Part shown: in pieces, positions 1 through 10,300 of the stretch
How positions within the stretch are numbered: the first letter of the stretch is position 1
Layout of the letters: the number at the start of each line of letters is the position of its first letter
IMG/VR virus record: IMGVR_UViG_3300023174_000039
Coordinates: 267,655-331,654 of that record
Reading direction: 5' to 3' (one strand)
DNA: 64,000 nucleotides
Position numbers and translations under genes: made by a program
The notes under the pieces: model-generated
Told to the model about the DNA's origin: nothing
Databases searched by the model: none
Seen by the model: the letters and a program-made list of their open reading frames with translations, nothing else

Positions 1-606
1 CAGTGTGGGCCACCATTCCCAAAATGCATCTACGTAAGGGTTAGCAGTCCGATTAGGAATAGGTCTGCGATCACCACTGAAATGTTCAGGTGCATTATGA
101 GGGCGACTGGTGGGGTAAGCCCCAAGTCTTTCCATTTCATCTTGCCAGCTTGAACTAAACTGGGGTGAGCAATAACTACATTTAAGATTACAAGCGTGAT
201 TAAAATTAACTTCCACATAACTGGGGATAATATCATCTTCGTTTCCCGTGCTGTTACGAATTTTTTCTAGATCCACAGCGGCCCAAGGTTCACCTGAACG
301 ATAGTGCCGATCACTCAGCTTGCCTAGATTTTCCATGTTCCAACAGTACTGACATTCACTGGGTTTTTCACCAGACAACATCATTTTTCTTTGTGCTTTT
401 TTATGATCAGTATTGTGCAAGCCACCTGGACGTTTTATATCTTCTGGGCTGATGCGATGCAGTGGAGGATGGTAGCAAGAATTGTTTAGTCCTGTTGGCA
501 AGTGAAAACTAACTTGTTTCCACTTGGCCAGACACAGCGCCGGGCCAAGTTCTTGTTGCATCTGCTCGGCAGAGCTCATAAACCCGCTTTGATCACCTTT
601 GCTCAT
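1..606 (-). CDS. Radical SAM protein with N-terminal Cys-rich (Twitch/SPASM-like) region; runs off the window edge, absent from the ORF track
   Basis: Manual translation from ATG at 606: MSKGDQSGF...LCLAKW...SCYH...ECQYCW...EVNFNHACNLKCSYCSPQFSS...AFWEWWPTL, open to position 1. CxxxCxxC at 169-192. ATG overlaps the upstream stop (TAATG). Confidence 0.85.
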   Translation of the reverse strand, partial: MSKGDQSGFMSSAEQMQQELGPALCLAKWKQVSFHLPTGLNNSCYHPPLHRISPEDIKRPGGLHNTDHKKAQRKMMLSGEKPSECQYCWNMENLGKLSDRHYRSGEPWAAVDLEKIRNSTGNEDDIIPSYVEVNFNHACNLKCSYCSPQFSSSWQDEMERLGAYPTSRPHNAPEHFSGDRRPIPNRTANPYVDAFWEWWPTL

Positions 607-1538
607 TACCAACCTTCTTGCTTGCGTATGACATCAATCTCACGTGTCATAGCACCTTGGTTGTGCCAATTGCTACGATAATGGCGTTTGAAAAATGCGC
701 TTTGCTCTTGTTCCAAAATAGCCATGGGCAAATCTAACTGAGTTCCTAAATCAACACCCAGTTGGTTGCTGAGTAATCGCGGTTGGCTGTCTTTAACTGT
801 GAGCCATAATTCAGATAATGCATCAAACCATTGCACCTGTTTGTGATCCCAATTGGTAAGCATGGTCATGTATGTGCCTTGTCGTGCGCCAGCAATGGCC
901 CATTCACCGTGGTCAACATCTGTACCCACATTATGCCAGATGGTCAAGTTCTCTAGGTTTTTCTTGTGTGCTTGTTCTTTGAAGTCTTCCACTGTGGGCT
1001 TGGCGCCTTTGTTCAGACACATCTTTACACCCTCACGGAAGCCGGCACGCCAAGCATGAAATGCATCACCGTTGGGATAAGTTGTTGAGTAGCAGTCGTA
1101 CATGGGCCAGTACAAGGGATCAAAACAAAACTCTACTTCAGTTTCTGTACGGCCGTCTGTGGCTTCGTGTGTGCGCATGTTCATTACAAATTCTTGTGTC
1201 CACGAACTTAGACCTCCGTTGCCATACATGAGTCCATTGACGTGATTACGGGCTCTCCAGCGGAACACTGCTTTTTCATACTCTGCAGTGGGAAATGACA
1301 GTGTTTGATTAAAGAACTCTGGGTCAGGCATGTTGTCGCCATCAATGAGAATAAAGCGTTCAGTATCAGACGCTTCGGCAGCTGCCTTGTGTGCGGCATC
1401 ACTTCCTTTGACCCCATCCACACGCTTGGCCCAAGGTACCATGTTGCGTATCTTGACCCAAAATTCTTCTTTCTGTGGTTCGTCGTAGGTTAGATAAATG
1501 CAGTCTAGATCTGCTACATCAATTTGATTCAAAGCCAT
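606..1538 (-). CDS. Putative glycosyltransferase (GT-A fold-like)
   Basis: 310 aa; N-terminal CIYLTYDEP strand, G-x-x-x-AH helix, DxD-like motif FILIDGDN; GNGG loop. Confidence 0.55.
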   Translation of the reverse strand: MALNQIDVADLDCIYLTYDEPQKEEFWVKIRNMVPWAKRVDGVKGSDAAHKAAAEASDTERFILIDGDNMPDPEFFNQTLSFPTAEYEKAVFRWRARNHVNGLMYGNGGLSSWTQEFVMNMRTHEATDGRTETEVEFCFDPLYWPMYDCYSTTYPNGDAFHAWRAGFREGVKMCLNKGAKPTVEDFKEQAHKKNLENLTIWHNVGTDVDHGEWAIAGARQGTYMTMLTNWDHKQVQWFDALSELWLTVKDSQPRLLSNQLGVDLGTQLDLPMAILEQEQSAFFKRHYRSNWHNQGAMTREIDVIRKQEGW

Positions 1539-1860
1539 GTGTTTGTTTACTCCATCGTTGGTGCGTATCAGATTCGGAAACTACAATGCTAACATCACGG
1601 GGATGACATGGTGTTCCTGTTTCTGTAGGTTTTAATTTACTAATAATATTTTCTGTAAGTTCATACAGTTTTCCTTTGTGTACTCTCACATTTGCAGGGT
1701 TTCGACTGTATGTTTCGTGGTCAATTTCTATGTATGTACCTGGCAAATCTTCCATGCTATAGAATAACGGAATTCCTTGTTGGTCGTAGTACAATCTATA
1801 AAAAATGTCATAGACTTTGGGAGTATCTGTTAGAATTTTCCAGAACTCTTCATCTGTCAT
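1519..1860 (-). CDS. Hypothetical protein in the GT cluster
   Basis: 113 aa; overlaps both neighbours in operon-like fashion. Confidence 0.7.
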   Translation of the reverse strand: MTDEEFWKILTDTPKVYDIFYRLYYDQQGIPLFYSMEDLPGTYIEIDHETYSRNPANVRVHKGKLYELTENIISKLKPTETGTPCHPRDVSIVVSESDTHQRWSKQTHGFESN

Positions 1861-2638
1861 TGGTCCACTCCTTGACTCTGTAATGCAAGGCTCCCCATTG
1901 TACTATGGTGTTGATCTTGGCTATGTAGTTGTGGTATTCAAACACAAACTCATCAAGCCAGGCCTCTGTACGACTGCCGGCATGTTGTTGCTTCATGTGG
2001 GTAATCTGTGGGTAACTGGCAAATGGCATGGTACATCGTTCTGCGCCAATGATATTGGCAGCCATAGCATACACTAGATCCGTGCTTGGAATGTCTTCGG
2101 GGAACTTCAATAACTTCCGATATTCTTCCCAGTTTTCAAATATCTTGCGTACTGTATCAAAAAATTCCTTGGCTGTTTCACTGAGTCTCCAGTATGTGAT
2201 AGCATTGTACACATCTGGAAGGTCGTTGGCATCAAATACTTTGCGATAGTATCTGCTGGCGGCCTGTTGGTTTTTCCAATCTCTGCAACCAGTTGATACC
2301 ACTAGATCACGATTGCGTAACAGAGTCCACCAGTGATCAATAGGGCTAGTAATCATCATGTCTGCTTCCAGCTTGATTGTTTCTCTAAACGGTGTTGCAC
2401 GAAACACTTGCCAGTCGTTGGCCCAGGGGTTTTCTAAATCCAACGGATAAGGAAACTCACGCACATAGTCAAACAGCGGCGGATTTGATGCATCTGTAGC
2501 ATTGGTCAGCAAACAGATTTGCGCATCAGGATGCCAGTATTTGATGGTCTTGGCCAGTGTTTCGGCACAACTCACATAGTTTGTGCCGGGTATGTTAATT
2601 GCTACTATTAGGTAGCCTTGTTCGGCGATCGGTTTCAA
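1850..2638 (-). CDS. GT8-like glycosyltransferase paralogue (EAD in place of DxD)
   Basis: 262 aa; TPFRETIKLEADM; colinear with 2595..3434. Confidence 0.55.
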   Translation of the reverse strand: MKPIAEQGYLIVAINIPGTNYVSCAETLAKTIKYWHPDAQICLLTNATDASNPPLFDYVREFPYPLDLENPWANDWQVFRATPFRETIKLEADMMITSPIDHWWTLLRNRDLVVSTGCRDWKNQQAASRYYRKVFDANDLPDVYNAITYWRLSETAKEFFDTVRKIFENWEEYRKLLKFPEDIPSTDLVYAMAANIIGAERCTMPFASYPQITHMKQQHAGSRTEAWLDEFVFEYHNYIAKINTIVQWGALHYRVKEWTNDR

Positions 2639-3434
2639 CGATGTCTCCTAGATGTTTTTTGCCCATGGCATGGAAATCCAAGCCTTCGAAGCTCATGTGT
2701 TTGAGCTTCTGGTCACTGTCTGTGTATTCTATTGCGTATGAATCACTGTTGAGATGTTTCAAGTGTCTGCTTAATCGTGTGTTGGGCATGACGCTGGGCA
2801 AGGCCCAGGGTATTTCGTCTACCTTCATTGTATGTCCACTCACAATGCCCAGTGCAATACTTAATGCAAAGTCGTTGCGATAGGTAGCACGATCAATGTT
2901 GTACAAGTCTCTATAATGCTGCCAGTTGTCTCGCACCATTTGCATGCAATCAAATATATATTGTGCAGTATTGCTCTTACGGAACATCATCACTGTGGCC
3001 CACCACATGGGTATGTTGTATTGTCCAAACATGTTTAGTCCACGCATGTCTGTTTGTCCAGCAAGGTCAAATGCTTGTCTATGGCACATGAAGTCTTGCT
3101 GTGCGTTTAGTAATTGTTTTAGATTGTTACTGGCCACAACATAGTCAGCATCCAGCACAATAGTTTGATCATACGGGGTCAAACTGTATGCGTCAACACG
3201 CCCGGCATTGTGCCAAGTCACTGTTTTGTCATAATCTTCAAAGTAGCGAGTACCGCCTGATTCAGCATCAGCGCGGATCACACGGTCAAATGCTGTGCCA
3301 GTGTATTCAATATTGGTCACTACACTAACAGGTAGATTCAAATGTCGACGTACATTGCCAGCACTCCATTCAGCCATGGCCAAGTAGTCTGTTTCTTCGT
3401 TGTTGAAGGCAAAGATTAGCACACCTGCGGTCAT
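2595..3434 (-). CDS. GT8-like glycosyltransferase
   Basis: 279 aa; TPYDQTIVLDADY with DxD motif; RNDFALSIA. Confidence 0.6.
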   Translation of the reverse strand: MTAGVLIFAFNNEETDYLAMAEWSAGNVRRHLNLPVSVVTNIEYTGTAFDRVIRADAESGGTRYFEDYDKTVTWHNAGRVDAYSLTPYDQTIVLDADYVVASNNLKQLLNAQQDFMCHRQAFDLAGQTDMRGLNMFGQYNIPMWWATVMMFRKSNTAQYIFDCMQMVRDNWQHYRDLYNIDRATYRNDFALSIALGIVSGHTMKVDEIPWALPSVMPNTRLSRHLKHLNSDSYAIEYTDSDQKLKHMSFEGLDFHAMGKKHLGDIVETDRRTRLPNSSN

Positions 3435-3736
3435 CGTTGCTTTCTTAATTCTTCATGCTCTGCAAGCCATCCGTTCATTTGCTCTTGCCATCGTTGCTGT
3501 GCTGCCAGTTCAAGTTCTCTAACATCAACCTTTACTGGAGTTTCGTACAAGTCTAGCAACACTGCTGTGTCATCAGGGCACACAGCTAGCACGGCCAATA
3601 GTTCAGCACCTGCTCTCCACATACCACCTGCATAAGCAAACAACATGCGAGCTTCGTATTTTTCTTTTAGTACACGTTTTGCGGCAACGTGATCAAACCT
3701 TGCTCGTGCGTGAGCAACTAATTCATTGGTATCCAT
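3431..3736 (-). CDS. Hypothetical protein
   Basis: 101 aa helical ORF; ATGA overlap with the next gene. Confidence 0.7.
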   Translation of the reverse strand: MDTNELVAHARARFDHVAAKRVLKEKYEARMLFAYAGGMWRAGAELLAVLAVCPDDTAVLLDLYETPVKVDVRELELAAQQRWQEQMNGWLAEHEELRKQR

Positions 3737-3768
3737 AGTGATAGTATACGCTGGTTTTAGATAAAAGT

Positions 3769-3789
3769 AAAGGGCCCAACGGCCCTTTT
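3769..3789 (-). terminator. Rho-independent terminator-like hairpin
   Basis: aaagggcc-caac-ggcccttt inverted repeat just after the stop of 3807..4781, T-rich tail on minus strand. Confidence 0.7.
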
Positions 3790-3806
3790 GGTAAACAAGT
3801 TTGCTA

Positions 3807-4781
3807 TTAAGCGAACGTTGCTGCCACAGTTGGAGTTCCCCAGGCGGCTGTGGTTAGATATGTTGAACTTGGTGGGTAATATGTAACAATAGTACATGGT
3901 GCTGTTCCTGGTGTTGCACTAGTTGGGGCTGAGCCACCAGAAATTGGGTCACCTTCAGGATTTACCCAGGTTGTTGAGATTACCAATGTATCAGAACTTG
4001 CACCTTTGGCCAATGTGTGTTGGATATAGTTAGCAGTGTATGGTGCAGTGGCTGAGAACTGTTTGTAAACAATGGTTGCGGCAGCACCAGCAGTTAATGA
4101 ATACCAGCCAGTGGTAGTGGCCAGTGTATTAGGCGTACCTGTTCCACCAATTTTGGTTGTTCCTGTGTAGCTGGTAGAGGCAATGGTTTGTGCCGCACCG
4201 TTTACACGTCCAGAAATCCAAATTGCACCACACAGTGTGTTGGCCAAGTTATTCCATTCAGGATCACCTGTTTGTCCAGTAGAACTCTTTGCCACTTGAA
4301 TTTTAACAAGTCCGCCAGCATTAAAGAAATATCTTGCGGCAGCAGCACTGGCAAATGTCACAGTGTTTGTAAATGTCATTGTCCAAGCACCGGCAGTTTT
4401 ACCACCTGTGTTAGAGTTAGTACCAGTCCAGCCAGTGAACTGCGAACCACTCGCGGCTGCGTTTCCACGATTGGTAGTCAATGTAGTCAAGTCAGTGTTT
4501 AGTGCTGCCAAAATATTAATGATGTTACCAGCAGTTGGTGCGGTTCTAGCAGTGATTGCTGTGCCTTGATGGCTTCCCATTGAACTAATGGTGTTGACCA
4601 AACTAGCCCACTGTGTAGCAGTAACAGTGTTTGTAGCGGCCACAGTACCCAATGCTGATTGTCCGTACCCTGCATCAGTTGACCCAGTTGCCCATATGCT
4701 ATTGACGTTGGCACCGGCCGTGTCATTAGCAAACCCATTGTAGTCCGTTGCTACAATTAAACTACCGCTTGAATATGTCAT
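3807..4781 (-). CDS. Virion structural protein (fibre/collar-like), T/A/G/S-rich
   Basis: 324 aa; MTYSSGSLIVATDYNGF start, beta-rich composition, within the tail module. Confidence 0.6.
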   Translation of the reverse strand: MTYSSGSLIVATDYNGFANDTAGANVNSIWATGSTDAGYGQSALGTVAATNTVTATQWASLVNTISSMGSHQGTAITARTAPTAGNIINILAALNTDLTTLTTNRGNAAASGSQFTGWTGTNSNTGGKTAGAWTMTFTNTVTFASAAAARYFFNAGGLVKIQVAKSSTGQTGDPEWNNLANTLCGAIWISGRVNGAAQTIASTSYTGTTKIGGTGTPNTLATTTGWYSLTAGAAATIVYKQFSATAPYTANYIQHTLAKGASSDTLVISTTWVNPEGDPISGGSAPTSATPGTAPCTIVTYYPPSSTYLTTAAWGTPTVAATFA

Positions 4782-4794
4782 GCTATTATCCTAA

Positions 4795-6537
4795 TTAATT
4801 TATACTTACAATGGCTTCCACTGTGCCTAGATCAACTGTTGATTTATCTACTAATGATCTACCAATTACGTTAAATGGGGTTGGTTCTCCGGGTAGTGCG
4901 GCACGGGCTACACCATTTCCGGCACTGACCAAGCGGTCACCTTTAGTAATTTGTCCTACAACCTTAACTGGTACACGCCCAGTCATTGCAACTGGCGGGT
5001 GTGTATCGTTCTGACCGGCACCACCATTCATAGTAAAAGCTGGTCTTGTACTTATCACTCCGAACACATTTTCGCTTAAATCTGTACGAGATCTAGTAAT
5101 TTCTTTGGCTCCACCAAGTTCAACCACGGTTCCTGGGTCCATAACTTCGTCTGCTTCAAATCGTTCTGCAACGTCAGCGTATAGTGCAGTGGTCGCAGTA
5201 GCAAACACTTGGTTAAAGTAGTTGGAACTTGATCCAATGTTACCCACAGCGTTTGATCCTGATTTGGCAATGCTTTGAGTGGTCAATGTTGAAACAGTAA
5301 TACCTGTACCAGAAACTACCATGACATTTGATGTGCCACCAATATTAAAGTTGATGTTACCGCCACTTGCACCAACGTTGGCTTCTGAAGTACCATTTGA
5401 AATCTTTGTTACTGAAACGGCTGCACTAATACCAGTCAATTGAGATCCGTTACCAACAAAATATATGGCATCAATGTTACCTGAACTTGTGATATTACCG
5501 GTTGAACTAATCAATCCAGATGTACGTAAATTCCCGCCTTGAACGTTGGCAGTAGCACTGATATTTGTGCCTTGAACCAATGCACCTGAAATAACATTGC
5601 CGCCTGTGACGTTGCCTGTAGCAGTGACCAAGCCTACTGTACGCAAGTTTCCGCCATCAATGTTACCTGTTGAGCTAACACTAGCTGTTTGGAAAGAGCC
5701 TGCAGTAATAATATTTCCGCCGGTGATGTTGCCAGTGGCTGTTATAGTACCACCAGTACCTAAATTACCACCAATGATTGATCCAGTAACAATTGCAGTA
5801 CCACCTGATAACAAGTTACCACCGGTGATGTTACCTGAACTAGTTAGATATCCGTTGACATTCGCACCAGTTGATGTTACTGTAACAGAGGTAGCACCGC
5901 CTGCAGTGAGCGTGATATTTCCGCCATTGGTAACATTACCAGCTAGTGTACTAGAAGCACTCTTGGTAACTGTGATACCTGGATAGATTGTTGGAAAATT
6001 TGTGTTTGTAGGAGCAGCTGGAGTAAATGCACTATCAACACTGACAATGGCAATTTGCTGATTGTTTACATACAGGCTGGTAATAAAGTGTGGCGAACCG
6101 CCTGAGTCGTTGACTGTGCCTGGAATAGCACCTGCAGTACCCTCACTGCTGGTATATGCAGGACCAACTACAATAAAACTAGAACCAGTGTATACTTTTA
6201 ATTGTTGGTTTGTTGTATCGTACCATAAGTCGCCAGTGACATTTGATGTAGGTTGTGTGCTACTGGCAGTGGCAGCACTAATAGTTTTAAAGATAGAACC
6301 GTTGTAGACTTTTAACAAGTTATTGGTTTTATCCCACCACAGTTGTCCAGTTAACGGTGCGCCAGGGGCTGTGGTATTGGATCCATTTTCCAGCAAGTGG
6401 ATAAAGTTTTCGTCTAAAAATTCACCATAGCCAGCGTAGTTCTTACCTACCAGCGTCATGCTACTAGATGAATTGATTGTGCCGTCTGGTATTGTTGCAA
6501 AAACTGCACCATCAGTAAGATTAATTGTATATGCCAT
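4795..6537 (-). CDS. Tail fibre-like protein with GN[IV]TGGN repeats and C-terminal intramolecular-chaperone-like domain
   Basis: 580 aa; repeats such as TGNITGGNI and TGNVTGGNV; C-terminal ALYADVAERF...PGTVVELGG...GRVPVKV...GDRLVS. Confidence 0.7.
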   Translation of the reverse strand: MAYTINLTDGAVFATIPDGTINSSSSMTLVGKNYAGYGEFLDENFIHLLENGSNTTAPGAPLTGQLWWDKTNNLLKVYNGSIFKTISAATASSTQPTSNVTGDLWYDTTNQQLKVYTGSSFIVVGPAYTSSEGTAGAIPGTVNDSGGSPHFITSLYVNNQQIAIVSVDSAFTPAAPTNTNFPTIYPGITVTKSASSTLAGNVTNGGNITLTAGGATSVTVTSTGANVNGYLTSSGNITGGNLLSGGTAIVTGSIIGGNLGTGGTITATGNITGGNIITAGSFQTASVSSTGNIDGGNLRTVGLVTATGNVTGGNVISGALVQGTNISATANVQGGNLRTSGLISSTGNITSSGNIDAIYFVGNGSQLTGISAAVSVTKISNGTSEANVGASGGNINFNIGGTSNVMVVSGTGITVSTLTTQSIAKSGSNAVGNIGSSSNYFNQVFATATTALYADVAERFEADEVMDPGTVVELGGAKEITRSRTDLSENVFGVISTRPAFTMNGGAGQNDTHPPVAMTGRVPVKVVGQITKGDRLVSAGNGVARAALPGEPTPFNVIGRSLVDKSTVDLGTVEAIVSIN

Positions 6538-6562
6538 GTCAGTTACCTGTTCCTGTTTTCAA

Positions 6563-6570
6563 TATTTATA
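6563..6570 (-). promoter_or_regulatory. T4-type late promoter TATAAATA
   Basis: Exact consensus on minus strand 26 nt before ATG 6537; gp55 is encoded in the window. Confidence 0.75.
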
Positions 6571-7171
6571 CAGCATTAATATTGCTTAATGTCTGTATAC
6601 GTAATGTATAATCAATTTGAATCTGTCGATTCAAACTTTTTTGCACTGGATGGAAGATCACATGCGTGATCAAACGTAGGTTATCTGCGCTTCCGTTCCA
6701 GGCTTTTAGTCCCAATTCGTCAAATACATATTCGCCATTGTAATTTGTTGAATTATCAAATGCTTGTTGTTCTGGCGGCTCGCCGTAGTCTAGCAAACAA
6801 CTTACCAAAATGTCTGTATAAACATTTCCAGATGTATGTAACACTGTCATTTTGTTGTTTTCTGGATCAGTATCTGCTGCCGAATTGTCGTTTATTACCT
6901 TGGCATAGGTTTGATTGTACAAGTCAGCATTTTGACCTGTTGTGTTTGGGGGCAAATATGTAATAACGCCCGTAGGGTCTACACTAGATCCACCGTTGCC
7001 AAACGCCATTTGATAGATATACCCGGTGTTACGATCAGCCAGAGTCTGGGCCATTGCAATTGAAATATTTTCGTAATGAATAGCATTATGATCATCATAA
7101 AAGATCTCACCACTTTTTGGGTCGTGTATCTTGACATGTCCTGTAATCTTGGCAAGTCCTGAAGTTATCAT
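6566..7171 (-). CDS. Baseplate/tail-associated structural protein
   Basis: 201 aa; GHVKIHD, MAFGNGG, FDELGL, HPVQKSLNRQIQIDY; located between baseplate and fibre genes. Confidence 0.6.
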   Translation of the reverse strand: MITSGLAKITGHVKIHDPKSGEIFYDDHNAIHYENISIAMAQTLADRNTGYIYQMAFGNGGSSVDPTGVITYLPPNTTGQNADLYNQTYAKVINDNSAADTDPENNKMTVLHTSGNVYTDILVSCLLDYGEPPEQQAFDNSTNYNGEYVFDELGLKAWNGSADNLRLITHVIFHPVQKSLNRQIQIDYTLRIQTLSNINAV

Positions 7172-7320
7172 CCTCGTCCCTCCACAATGGTTTTTTGTGT
7201 AGTTGGGTCGCTGATTCTAAAATGGGCTTGTACGCTGATTGTGCCCATTTCGTTTGGGCGGCGGGGCCGGGCCGGCTGTGGAGCGGGTGTTGCGGGCTTG
7301 TTGTGCGTTGTATTTGACAT
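7168..7320 (-). CDS. Small 50-aa protein missed by the ORF track
   Basis: MSNTTHNKPATPAPQPARPRRPNEMGTISVQAHFRISDPTTQKTIVEGRG*; GATAAATA late-promoter variant at 7328-7335; ATGA overlap with the next gene. Confidence 0.65.
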   Translation of the reverse strand: MSNTTHNKPATPAPQPARPRRPNEMGTISVQAHFRISDPTTQKTIVEGRG

Positions 7321-7339
7321 GGTCTTTTATTTATCCGTG

Positions 7340-10300
7340 TTATAATCCGCGTAAGAACCTTGCGGCTTGTGTGTTGGTTTGTTGCAGAGCAATACCATTG
7401 GAAACTGTGCTTATTGTACCTGTTCCTGTGCCAGGTCCTGTTGCAGTAAACAGTATTCCCACTGTGTTTTCTGCGGCGCCAATCCGGGTAAAATCAGTGT
7501 TGCCAACAGCATTAATAAAGTAACTTTCTCCGGCAATTGCCGTGGTTGCCTTTTGAACTATGCCATTACCATACCAGAAGTATCCACGACGTTGAGCAAT
7601 AGTAACTGATACTCCAGCTGCTGGCGCCAGCAACGGATGATATGGATCGTTATCGGTGATAAATTCTACGCCAATTGTGTAAGGGTCTCCTGGCACCACT
7701 GGATCCACAGTAAACACAGTATAGCGATATTGACTGGGTGTGTTGACTTCTGTAATTGGGTATTGGCGAGTTCCTCCCACATACACTTCAATGCTGTGAT
7801 CAATGTACACTGTACTGGAATCTTTGGGGTCTACAATAGGCAAGTAAATGCTTGGGGCATAGAATATAGTAGTTGATCCATCTGCCAATGTGTCATCTTT
7901 GATGATGTGATCTTGGTACTGTTCGCCCAGCAAATTGCCACGGCCCATGTCGTAGATTGGGGTGCCAATGATGTGCTCTGCGGCAGCAGTACCAGCAGTA
8001 CCTCGCATGAGTCCTGAAATTGTATTCAATGCAGTATTGCGGTAACGATACATAATGCGCTCGCCACCAATGGTACACACACCAAATACTCCATTTGTTA
8101 AGTCTGGCTCAGACAAGTTTGATGCATTTAACACATACATTATGTCAGCTATAGAACTTAATGGTTGAACTAGTTCTGTGGTGGAGTTTGTTGTAATTCT
8201 GTAGGTAGCTTGTACTCCTCGCATGTCCTGAAACACCCGGAAAGCCATGGCTTCTGGTACAATGCTATTGGTAAATTCTTGTATTACTGCAATATCGCTA
8301 GAAGCAATTGCACCGCTGGCAAAAATCACATACTGTCCTTGCACAGTGTAATCTTGTCCGTCAAACAATCTATAACCATTGAGTGTTACCCATAGACGAC
8401 TTGCATCAACTCCCAGTCTACCAAGGTCAAATTGATTTGACAGCAACGGAATACCTTCAGAATAAGCATATGATCCGGGATCATTGTTGACTACTCCTGT
8501 ATCAAATGCAGTTGAATCATATGGTTCATCAATAACCACTCCGCCTACTACGGGTCCTTGATACACTTGAGTTAAAATGTTCTGTTGTGAAGTATCATTA
8601 AACGTAGTCACAGCAATAATTGATCCAACCGATGGCGGGCTAATCAGTTGCAATTGAGATCCTGCTACATAGTATGCGGCTGCAACACTTACAGAGATTA
8701 AAATTCTAGCACCGTAATCAGGCGCTGTAACAAACTGTACTTGACGACCCGGAGTGTTAGATCCATTCCAGTTGGTCACACTGTAGTCTCCTGTGATTGA
8801 ACCAAAACTCTGCACTTGTAGAACGTTATCTACAAACACAGTAATGTCTGTCACAGGATTGATAATTGATTGCTGATATCCACCACGTTGTGGCAATCCA
8901 AAGCTGGTAGTACTGTTGTCACCAATCCACTCAATGCCTTCATAAGGACGCAATCTAACACCATTGATTTCTACAATCATGTTAGGAATATTTGTACCTG
9001 CTACCGAATTGGCCAAGTTAACAGTTTTGCTGGCATTAATAGCCGAAGTAACTGTGAAATATTCTGTTTGCGGTGTGCTCCAGGAATACTGTTTTGGTGT
9101 AGTAAATCCAAGAATAGTTATATTCAACGCATCGGTACTGGTGTATACTCGGTTCAGCGCGATCTTGCTAAGAGTTGTTGGCACAAACTGTTGCCAGTAG
9201 GCTGTGTTATGGATATCAATACCGGCAATGACATTTTGTAATGCTCTATAATATGTTGTAGGCCCTGTTGTGTATACTACATCAAGTGTGCTGTAAGTAT
9301 TCAACTGGTTCCATATACTTGCTGGATAGTAAGGTTCCCAGGAGTTAACTGCGGTATACACGCCATTAACAAACAAAACTGCTTGATATATTTCAGTTGA
9401 ATTAACAGGCACAATCAATTTGTTGCCCACTTTGTCACCAACATAATTTTGTCTGTACAACTGACTTCCGCCGCCCAATTCGTAAGCTGTGATGTTTATA
9501 ATGTCGCCACTGGTCACTCCAGAACGCATTGCAACAGTGCGAGCTACCCAATCAACCACATAGTCAATATTTGGCACAAGATCTATTCCTGAGCTAACAT
9601 TGCTAATTTCAAGATGCACTGGGTTTTCTACCAGTCCGTTCCAATTCAGCTCAGTGTTGCTCAAGCTGTATGTGTACCGACGGCTGGTAATTTGAAATCC
9701 ATGACCGTTGGATCCAGCAATGTTGTCATACAATGTCCAGTCTGACCCTGGACGAGTATATACTCTTATGTCTAGTGTGTCAAATTCAGAGCCATTTACT
9801 AGTTCTTCGGGTGCATAACCTTCATACATTCCAATAAATTTTCCACCATCAATGTTGATGTCAGAATATCTTGTGCCCAGGTATACATCACGGAAACTAC
9901 TGGAGTATGTGGCATCCAGCATTTGCAAACTGATTGCTTGCATAGATCCCGTGGCTGTTGTTAGCTCTATTGTAAACCCGCCAACTTTGGCGCAGATAGT
10001 AAAATGTGTTTGATCAACTATGTCTTTTACAAAATAGTTAACATCTTGTTCTATACCGCCAATGGTAGTGCCTAAGAATTTGATAGGTGCAGTTGCTTGC
10101 AGTCCCAAAGTATTGGTGCACGTAATTTGGTTGTTGTCTGCAGAAGTTGCAGTACACTCAAGTTGTGTACTGGTTGGGTCACTTCCCAAGAAATAGTCTC
10201 CCCAAACCTGCACACCTGGATAACTTGTACCATCAATCAACAATGGCAGGTCAAGACCTGGTTCGTTGACTCCTGGAATATAGTAACCCATTGTGCGATC

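Noticed and set aside
30-236. 68-aa hydrophobic ORF in the track
   Set aside because: Alternative frame inside the radical SAM gene 1..606, which has clear motifs.
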